From the IMG/VR virus record IMGVR_UViG_3300026076_000002: a stretch of DNA of 64,000 bases, one strand, 5' to 3'. Numbering within the stretch: position 1 is the first letter of the stretch; each line of letters starts with the position of its first letter. The DNA comes from a virus. The position numbers and the translations under genes were made by a program. Below the pieces are notes generated by a model. It was not told the origin of the DNA. It worked only from the letters and a program-made list of their open reading frames with translations, and searched no databases. Positions 57,348 to 64,000 of this stretch are shown here, piece after piece.

Positions 57348-58667
57348 TTACGAATCTTTTTTATTCTTTATATAACTGAAGTCTCCCTTTTCTCCTTTTC
57401 TCTTGAGATCGCTTGTGATGCAATGTAATCCACCATCCCAGAAATATCTATGTCTGAAATTGATAACATGGGGTGTAACATTATACTCATCGAACTTTTT
57501 GAACAGTGCTTCATTGTAATTATTGCAAATTACGTTATTTTCGTCAATGACTAACATGTTTACATCAAAAACTGACTCTGCTGCATAATTTACCCAGTCA
57601 TTCATCCAAGAATCTATAAATTCTTCCAATTCTTTGTTGTTTTCTTCACCTTCTATCCACCATCTGCCTCTATTTTTGTTTTTAATGTTTCTCCATCCTT
57701 CCATTTTATCCCAATGTGGGTCAACTTTGACAATATCCCAACCTGGAAAGTAATTAGGAGTTTCTACGGTGTTAACTGCTGCAAGAAGACCAGGTTTTAT
57801 TGGATGCATACCCCCATCACAGTGTCCTGGTTCGTCCATAACGTGAATATTGTAATCTGGGAAGATTTTTTCCCACCTTTTTACACAATGATCTCTATTC
57901 ATGTAATTAACTATGTTAACTAGACTGAAATATAGGTCTTTTCCCATTCTCCACATGGTTGCACTGTTAATATACTTGTCATAAACCTTCTCTACACCAT
58001 TATCGTCACACCATTTACGAACAGGGTTCCAAACGTCATAGAAAAGGTCTCTGTCAACCCTATTATTAGATCCTATAGTGTTTCTTTCAGCAGCAAGTAT
58101 CAATTTCTTTGCAGCTTCTAGATCTAAATGTGCTAGGAAACTTTGTCCGTTCAATAATATGTCATCTTTCCAGTTTTCTCTTATTTCATCCAAAGATCCC
58201 TTGAGGTCATGAGGTCTACCAGGTTGCATAGCGTCCAAAATGAACTTTGCCATGACTTGTTCATCATGTAGTCGTTCAGGAGTTTTATCCCAGTCGCCAA
58301 ACATACCAAAATGGAGACCTTCTATATTATTGGGGTTGCAAAAGTCAGGTCCAGGCATAAAAAAGCGATCTCCCACCATTGCAGTGAAATCTCTTGGTTG
58401 CATGGGTGGACAAACCCTGCATAAATCGTTTTTATCCTTTGCCCTATCGTAATAGTCCTCATATGAACCAACATCCATCCTTACGATTTCTACATTAAAC
58501 TCTTCTAACTTAGATATGATCTTTTGGTAGTCTTCTTCTGTTTCTATTGCTATCTTTTCAAATGTATTACGTATTTTTGGGTTCTCTATATAACTATAGA
58601 ACTCAGGACTATAGGATTTTCCGACTAAGCAAGCTTCGAGAGGATCCCAATGTTGATGTACCGACAT
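57348..58667 (-). CDS. Amidinotransferase (glycine/inosamine-phosphate amidinotransferase family)
   Basis: WDPLEACLVG, PPMQPRD, GHCDG, FDVNML, HRYFWDGGLHCIT (catalytic Cys). Confidence 0.88.
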   Translation of the reverse strand: MSVHQHWDPLEACLVGKSYSPEFYSYIENPKIRNTFEKIAIETEEDYQKIISKLEEFNVEIVRMDVGSYEDYYDRAKDKNDLCRVCPPMQPRDFTAMVGDRFFMPGPDFCNPNNIEGLHFGMFGDWDKTPERLHDEQVMAKFILDAMQPGRPHDLKGSLDEIRENWKDDILLNGQSFLAHLDLEAAKKLILAAERNTIGSNNRVDRDLFYDVWNPVRKWCDDNGVEKVYDKYINSATMWRMGKDLYFSLVNIVNYMNRDHCVKRWEKIFPDYNIHVMDEPGHCDGGMHPIKPGLLAAVNTVETPNYFPGWDIVKVDPHWDKMEGWRNIKNKNRGRWWIEGEENNKELEEFIDSWMNDWVNYAAESVFDVNMLVIDENNVICNNYNEALFKKFDEYNVTPHVINFRHRYFWDGGLHCITSDLKRKGEKGDFSYIKNKKDS

Positions 58668-58668
58668 T

Positions 58669-59349
58669 ATGACATATAGCAGTATACTATTTAACGGTTG
58701 TTCTCTTTGTTGGGGAGATGAACTAAATTCACCTTATGAGCAGCGATATTCTAGAAAAGTTGCTGAACATTTTGGTGCAGTAGATCATAATATCTCAAAA
58801 CGTGGAATTAGTAATGATGGAATTGCTAGAACCACAATGGATTGGTTAAGAACCAATGATTGTGATGCTATGGTTATCCAATTTACTGTCACAAGTCGTT
58901 TAGATGGGTATGAACCCAATACAGGAAAGAAGTTTGAAGCGACAACTACGAATGGGATGAAAATGCATGTAGATATTGGACATGTTGACAAAGACCCGTA
59001 TAAATGTGTTACTGTTCAAACCCCTAGGAAGTGGAAAGGGTTTTATCAAAGGTATTACCACCCCCAGTTGGGTATGGATGCCCTTTGGAAGAACTATTAC
59101 CTGTTAGAGCAAGAATGTATCAGAAGAAGGATTCCATATTGCTTTATGACCCATGATGATTGGGTAATAAGTGAATACTACTTACCTTGTATATGGAAAG
59201 ATTATGTTGATAGGGAACCTAGGTTTATTTGGGGTGTTCCTGACAGCGATTTCCTATTAAAGGATCATCAGGAGACATTACCACTAGGTCATCCAACTGC
59301 TGAAGCACATCAGCACCTAGCAGATTATGTTATTAGTGTGTTAAAATGA
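58669..59349 (+). CDS. SGNH/GDSL-like hydrolase or acyltransferase
   Basis: FNGCSLCWG block I, N.S..GISND block II, GHPTAEAH block V. Confidence 0.7.
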   Translation: MTYSSILFNGCSLCWGDELNSPYEQRYSRKVAEHFGAVDHNISKRGISNDGIARTTMDWLRTNDCDAMVIQFTVTSRLDGYEPNTGKKFEATTTNGMKMHVDIGHVDKDPYKCVTVQTPRKWKGFYQRYYHPQLGMDALWKNYYLLEQECIRRRIPYCFMTHDDWVISEYYLPCIWKDYVDREPRFIWGVPDSDFLLKDHQETLPLGHPTAEAHQHLADYVISVLK

Positions 59350-59379
59350 TCATAAATACTTTCAATTGAAGGAGGGCTG

Positions 59380-59559
59380 ATGTACAGTGTCTACCTTGAT
59401 GAAAAGCAAGCTTTTCACCATCTTAGCAAAGAAGAAGCAGAAGATATCCAAACAAAGATGCGACAGATGATATCTGCTGGCATAAAAACTTATTATCAAC
59501 CCGAAGACATTACTATTAAAGACGATGAAAAGTATACTAACATGGGCGAAGAAACTTAG
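59380..59559 (+). CDS. Small hypothetical protein (59 aa, not in the ORF track)
   Basis: CATAAATA late promoter at 59351 and GGAGG RBS; MYSVYLDEKQAFHHLSKEEAED... Confidence 0.65.
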   Translation: MYSVYLDEKQAFHHLSKEEAEDIQTKMRQMISAGIKTYYQPEDITIKDDEKYTNMGEET

Positions 59560-59722
59560 TACGCCTAAAGATGCTTTACAGAAAGCATTTCCACATCACT
59601 ATATAACTAGGGTTGAGAACCCAGATGGTTCCATTCGTATTTCATTATTACCTAAAAATGTTCAGAAGACTGATAAGGAAAATTCAACAGTGGCAGAAGT
59701 TGAGGAAACTTCGGAAAAGTGA
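59525..59722 (+). CDS. Small hypothetical protein
   Basis: ORF track. Confidence 0.5.
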   Translation: MKSILTWAKKLSTPKDALQKAFPHHYITRVENPDGSIRISLLPKNVQKTDKENSTVAEVEETSEK

Positions 59723-59740
59723 TCCATACATTTACGAGGA

Positions 59741-61132
59741 ATGATTGGATTTAGTGAAGGTTTTCATGATGCTGCCATTTCAGTTGTAAAGAATGGGCGT
59801 ATTACATATGCCAGTCATGCTGAACGATATTCCCGTAAAAAGCATGATAAACGCTTAACTGCCGAACAAGCAACTCTAGCGTTAGAACTAAATGGCGATG
59901 ATACTATAGCATTTTACGAAAAAACTGGATTTCTCAAAAGATCACGTCAATGGTTCGCAGGTCAATTTGATACTGCGAAAAAAGAACGTGTTTTAGCACT
60001 AAAACCGACAGTTAATCACTATCATCACTTATCACATGCTGCTGCTGCGTTTCAAACGTCAAAATATGACGAGGCAGCTTGTGTAGTAGTAGATAGTATT
60101 GGAGAATGGGATACTGCAAGTATATGGAAGGCGAAATATGAAAATGGAGTTGCGAAATACTATAAAAAGTGGAATATGTGTTATCCAAGGTCTATTGGAC
60201 TCTGGTATTCTGCTTTAACTGATTATGTTGGTCTAAAACCCCTAGATGAAGAATATATCTTCATGGGAATGAGTGCCTTTGGAAAACCCTGTCATACCAA
60301 GCGATTACGGAGACAATTATGGGCAAATAATCACAAAGGTATAAGAAGACCGATAAATGGAGACCATGTAGACATCGCTGCTAGTGCTCAAGTAGTGTTA
60401 GAGGAGGAGTTAAGTAAGATATTCAAGATTGCTCTTAAGTTTAGTGATAATATTTGTTATGGGGGTGGAGTTGCATTGAATTGCGTTGCTAACTCTAAGT
60501 TGCAAGTACAGTGTGATGATAACTTATGGATTATGCCCAATCCTGGCGATGCTGGTGGGTCATTGGGTGCTGCTTTGCTTTCTTATGGTAAAAGAGTTCC
60601 ATTTAGTCCGTACTTAGGTTATAATATAGAGAAACCGTGTGATCCTAAAGAAGTTGTCGAAGAAATCCTCAAAACTGGACTCGCTGGTGTTGCAAATGGT
60701 CGTGCTGAGTTTGGTCCTAGGGCTCTTGGTAACAGAAGTCTATTGGCGGATCCGAGAAAAATGGAGAACAAGAGAAAAGTAAATGATATTAAGAAAAGGC
60801 AAAGATTTAGACCATTTGCACCAGCAATACTAGAAGAGCATGCAGTAGACTACTTTGATATGCCTAGGCAGTCAAGGCACATGTCTTATGTGTACTCTGC
60901 AAAGCGTGGTAGTGCCATTCCAGCATGCATACATGTCGATAACACTGCAAGAGTCCAAACTGTCCCTAAGATCTCTTCTAGCGTCATTAGACCCATACTG
61001 GAGTGCTGGTATGAAAGAACAGGGTGTCCTGTCCTCTTGAATACGTCATTAAACATTCGTGGCATGCCCATGGTAAATACAATAGATGATGCTGTAGCAT
61101 TTTCTACAAAATACGATGTAAGGGTATTCTAG
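59741..61132 (+). CDS. NodU/CmcH-family carbamoyltransferase
   Basis: FHDAA, HHLSHAA, DSIGE, GGVALNCVAN, PGDAG, EFGPRALGNRS, RFRPFAP, HVD.TARVQTV, LLNTSLN. Confidence 0.95.
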   Translation: MIGFSEGFHDAAISVVKNGRITYASHAERYSRKKHDKRLTAEQATLALELNGDDTIAFYEKTGFLKRSRQWFAGQFDTAKKERVLALKPTVNHYHHLSHAAAAFQTSKYDEAACVVVDSIGEWDTASIWKAKYENGVAKYYKKWNMCYPRSIGLWYSALTDYVGLKPLDEEYIFMGMSAFGKPCHTKRLRRQLWANNHKGIRRPINGDHVDIAASAQVVLEEELSKIFKIALKFSDNICYGGGVALNCVANSKLQVQCDDNLWIMPNPGDAGGSLGAALLSYGKRVPFSPYLGYNIEKPCDPKEVVEEILKTGLAGVANGRAEFGPRALGNRSLLADPRKMENKRKVNDIKKRQRFRPFAPAILEEHAVDYFDMPRQSRHMSYVYSAKRGSAIPACIHVDNTARVQTVPKISSSVIRPILECWYERTGCPVLLNTSLNIRGMPMVNTIDDAVAFSTKYDVRVF

Positions 61133-61133
61133 T

Positions 61134-62423
61134 ATGTGGATAGATGAGAACCCAAATAAAATATGGACTCAAGAAGAGTATGAGTCTATAAAAAATAGTA
61201 GTGTAATATGCAATTTGCCATTTCAGCAGTTGCGGAATGGTACTGGGATAAATTATCAACCATGTTGTTGGGCTAGGACTCTGACCCCAAATGGTCCTCA
61301 GAACACGGTTCCTTTTGATCATTTCAAAGGAGAAGAGTTTAATGAATTGCGAAAAGATATGCTATTGGGCAAGAAGACTCCTAGATTAAAGCATTCTTGC
61401 GATTTATGTTGGAAAAATGAGAAAGAAAGTGGATGGTCGCCAAGAATGGAAAATCTACTTAATGTAGATTGTCTGCAAAACTTTGATAAAGAAGGAAAGA
61501 TGGTTGAAACAGACCATAGGTTCATTAAGTTAGAATTAAATGCATTTGGTAACTACTGCAATCTTCAATGTTATGAGTGTCAGGTAGACAACTCTAGTGG
61601 TAGACTACAAGCAGCAAAACAACTTGGTAAGATAGATCCAAAATGGTTGGGATTATTACAACGCTATTCATTTGTTGATAGGGATGTTAAAAAGGTCAAT
61701 CCAGAGCAATGGCGTAAATTTAAAAATGATATTATCAAGCATGCAAAGAATATTAGGGTTATAGTCTTTTGTGGGGGAGAACCCATGATGATGAAATCGC
61801 ATTTTGAACTTCTAGATGAATTAATAGAAGCAGGTGAAGCGAAAGGTATTGAATTGGGGTATGTTTCAAATATGACACATACTACTATTGATAAGATGAA
61901 GAAGTATCTTGACGCTTTTAGGTGGACAGAGTTTCAATGGTCTGTAGATGGTTTGACTGAACGTAACCATTGGTTGAGATATCCTACAAATTGGGATACT
62001 ACTATCAATAACGTATTTGCAATGCGAGACTATCTCCATCATTCTAATCCAAATTGGAAGATAGGTAATTTTAAATGTACTATAACACCAAGTATCCTTG
62101 GTATATTGCAGTTACATAAAACAGTACAGTGGATGAAGGATAATGATATATTTGGTGATGATAATGTACTTTTGAATAGAATTGAAAACCCTGCATTTTG
62201 TCAAACCCGACATTTACCAGATGAAGTAAAAGAACAGATAGCAGATAATGTGAAAAGTGTATCCGATCATATATACCAGGACATGATGCAACCACGGAGT
62301 GAACATCTGTGGAAAATTGCATTAGAATATTTTGATAAAACTGACCAAGTACGTGGAGACACGAATTGGAAAGAAACATTCCCTGAATTAGCGAAGTATG
62401 CTTTGGAGTACCCACTATCTTGA
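61134..62423 (+). CDS. Radical SAM protein with an N-terminal twitch-like Cys cluster
   Basis: CNLQCYEC, GGEPM, SVDG, RYPTNW; N-terminal CNLPF..QPCC..CDLC. Confidence 0.9.
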   Translation: MWIDENPNKIWTQEEYESIKNSSVICNLPFQQLRNGTGINYQPCCWARTLTPNGPQNTVPFDHFKGEEFNELRKDMLLGKKTPRLKHSCDLCWKNEKESGWSPRMENLLNVDCLQNFDKEGKMVETDHRFIKLELNAFGNYCNLQCYECQVDNSSGRLQAAKQLGKIDPKWLGLLQRYSFVDRDVKKVNPEQWRKFKNDIIKHAKNIRVIVFCGGEPMMMKSHFELLDELIEAGEAKGIELGYVSNMTHTTIDKMKKYLDAFRWTEFQWSVDGLTERNHWLRYPTNWDTTINNVFAMRDYLHHSNPNWKIGNFKCTITPSILGILQLHKTVQWMKDNDIFGDDNVLLNRIENPAFCQTRHLPDEVKEQIADNVKSVSDHIYQDMMQPRSEHLWKIALEYFDKTDQVRGDTNWKETFPELAKYALEYPLS

Positions 62424-62652
62424 CTTTAAGTTCAAGGATGAGAATGTTCCCAAGTCAAGTTGGGAGATAGTATATGATGCCATCAATATTATGGCAATTG
62501 ATTGCGAAGACGATAAAACTGCGGAAGATATAAAGGAAGAGTTAGCAGAATATTATAAGATTGAAGTTATACGGTGGGATTTGAAGCCAACTCCACAACA
62601 AGATTTCACATACTATGTGCTACCTGAAAATGATGTATGGTTTTGCGATTAA
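62398..62652 (+). CDS. Hypothetical protein
   Basis: ORF overlapping the radical SAM stop. Confidence 0.55.
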   Translation: MLWSTHYLDFKFKDENVPKSSWEIVYDAINIMAIDCEDDKTAEDIKEELAEYYKIEVIRWDLKPTPQQDFTYYVLPENDVWFCD

Positions 62653-62657
62653 CACCT

Positions 62658-62686
62658 TTGACAAACCGCTATATATCGTGTATGAT
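62658..62686 (+). promoter_or_regulatory. Sigma70-type promoter
   Basis: TTGACA-17 nt-TATGAT. Confidence 0.75.
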
Positions 62687-62728
62687 CCTTTTGGGTGATA
62701 CCCGTTTACGTAAACACTTGAATATAGT

Positions 62729-63496
62729 ATGGCAAAAGGTTTTAAGGTTGTAACTCAACCTCCTACTGCTAGTCAGAAAAAGACAGAAGAACCAAAAACA
62801 ATTGTAGATAAAGGCAGAGAAGCAATCAGAGGCAAGTCTATTGTCTTCTGCTTACCTGGTCGTGGTGTTTCATACACATATCTAAAGAACTTTGTTCAAC
62901 TGTGTTTTGATCTAGTACAAAATGGTGCGAGCATTCAAATCTCACAAGATTACTCCTCCATGGTTAACTTTGCACGTTGTAAGTGCCTAGGAGCGAATGT
63001 TCTAAGGGGACCTGATCAGTTACCTTGGGATGGTAAGTTAAAATACGACTATCAACTCTGGATTGATAGTGATATCGTTTTTGGACTAGAGCAATTCTAT
63101 CGTCTTGTCTTAATGGATAAGCAGATTGCTGGAGGATGGTATGTAACTGAAGATGGTAAGACAACTTCATGTGCTCATTGGTTAGAAGAGGACGATTTCA
63201 AAGAAAATGGTGGAGTCATGAATCATGAAATGGTTGATGGCATACAAAAACGTAGAAAACCATTTACTGTTGACTATTCTGGATTTGGATGGTTACTTAT
63301 TAAGCATGGTGTGTTTGAACATCCTGAAATGAAGTATCCTTGGTTTGCTCCACAAATGCAAGTCTTTGATTCTGGTGAAGTACAGGATATGTGTGGTGAA
63401 GATGTCAGTTTCTGCCTAGATGCTATCAAAGCAGGTATTGAGATTTGGATTGACCCTGCATGTCGTGTTGGTCACGAGAAGACAAGAATTATATAA
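62729..63496 (+). CDS. GT-A/GT2-like glycosyltransferase of the conserved cyanophage type
   Basis: SMVNFAR, LWIDSDI (DxD), GFGWLLIK.GVFE, GEDVSFC, VGHEK. Confidence 0.8.
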   Translation: MAKGFKVVTQPPTASQKKTEEPKTIVDKGREAIRGKSIVFCLPGRGVSYTYLKNFVQLCFDLVQNGASIQISQDYSSMVNFARCKCLGANVLRGPDQLPWDGKLKYDYQLWIDSDIVFGLEQFYRLVLMDKQIAGGWYVTEDGKTTSCAHWLEEDDFKENGGVMNHEMVDGIQKRRKPFTVDYSGFGWLLIKHGVFEHPEMKYPWFAPQMQVFDSGEVQDMCGEDVSFCLDAIKAGIEIWIDPACRVGHEKTRII

Positions 63497-63513
63497 GTAT
63501 AGTACAGAAGTGC

Positions 63514-63690
63514 ATGTCCGAAATGACAGATCGATACAATATTTTTATTCAAGGTGAATTAGAATACGATTCTATTACCGAGGAAGAAATGTTCGATATA
63601 ACCCAAGATCTTGCTGATAAGTTTTATTCAGAAGGTACTCCCCATCCTGACGATGTTGTGGTAGAATACCTAGGCAACGAATTAGACTAA
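63514..63690 (+). CDS. Small acidic hypothetical protein (start reassigned from 63460)
   Basis: MSEMTDRYNIFIQGELEYDSITEEEMFD... Confidence 0.6.
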   Translation: MSEMTDRYNIFIQGELEYDSITEEEMFDITQDLADKFYSEGTPHPDDVVVEYLGNELD

Positions 63691-63827
63691 TGGCAGCAGG
63701 TTTTGGAACCCTAGACAAGATGGAAGCAAGACCAAAACGTACTAGGCAAGGAAGAGGAAAGCATACTAAATATGCTGCTACTTCTAAAAACAAAGCTAGG
63801 AAACGTTACCGTGGACAAGGCAAATAA
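63690..63827 (+). CDS. Small basic protein (45 aa, not in the ORF track)
   Basis: PKRTRQGRGKHTKYAATSKNKARKRYRGQGK; TAATG coupling. Confidence 0.75.
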   Translation: MAAGFGTLDKMEARPKRTRQGRGKHTKYAATSKNKARKRYRGQGK

Positions 63828-63830
63828 AGG

Positions 63831-63855
63831 GGGGATCTTCGGATCCCCTTTTTTT
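63831..63855 (+). terminator. T4-style UUCG-tetraloop terminator
   Basis: GGGGATC-TTCG-GATCCCC followed by T7. Confidence 0.92.
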
Positions 63856-63860
63856 ATGGT

Positions 63861-63877
63861 CTAAATAAGGATAAATA
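63861..63877 (+). promoter_or_regulatory. Tandem late promoters
   Basis: CTAAATA and ATAAATA. Confidence 0.7.
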
Positions 63878-63897
63878 CATCGAATTGTAGAAGACCA

Positions 63898-64000
63898 GTG
63901 CCTCTTCAAGAAGTATCACGGGGATTTAAAGACATTTCATTGTCCTTTAAACGGCATCCGATAACTTCAGACTTACTTCCGCTAAAAAATGAGGACGCTA
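63898..64000 (+). CDS. gp25: Baseplate wedge protein, N-terminal fragment (runs off the window)
   Basis: GTG start; SRGFKDISLSFKRHPITSDLLPLKNEDA. Confidence 0.85.
   Translation, partial: MPLQEVSRGFKDISLSFKRHPITSDLLPLKNEDA

Noticed and set aside
52864-63496. A bona fide saxitoxin gene cluster
   Set aside because: Only the enzyme classes match; there is no sxtA, sxtB, sxtD, sxtS, sxtU or Rieske oxygenase, and orthology is untested

Overview
64 kb of a T4-like marine cyanomyovirus genome (Prochlorococcus/Synechococcus myovirus type; AT-rich; no tRNA, rRNA, CRISPR or IS element seen). In order: 3' end of a probable manA-type ncRNA; gp32; the baseplate/tail-tube block (gp53, gp48, gp2, gp4, gp54/gp19-like, gp26, gp51, SleB-domain protein, gp27-like, CP12-like, gp5), with a sulfotransferase inserted; large virion and tail-fibre genes (16.7-35.5 kb); an inverted KdsB/SIS/HAD/sulfotransferase sugar cassette; an early region (39.3-52.7 kb) of cassettes behind seven copies of a phage-specific promoter motif, containing a VWA-peptidase + CobS-like AAA pair, a structured non-coding leader before a KTSC-like gene, a complete MamI-like restriction-modification pair and many tiny paralogous ORFs; a candidate replication origin (52.3-52.9 kb); a 10.6 kb enzyme island (2 radical SAM, 2 methyltransferases, sulfotransferase-like, amidinotransferase, SGNH hydrolase, NodU carbamoyltransferase, GT2); and the start of gp25. 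Best candidates for undescribed biology: the tailoring island, the phage-borne R-M cassette, the RNA + KTSC unit and the Kdo-type cassette beside the tail fibres. All calls come from reading motifs by eye; no database searches were run.
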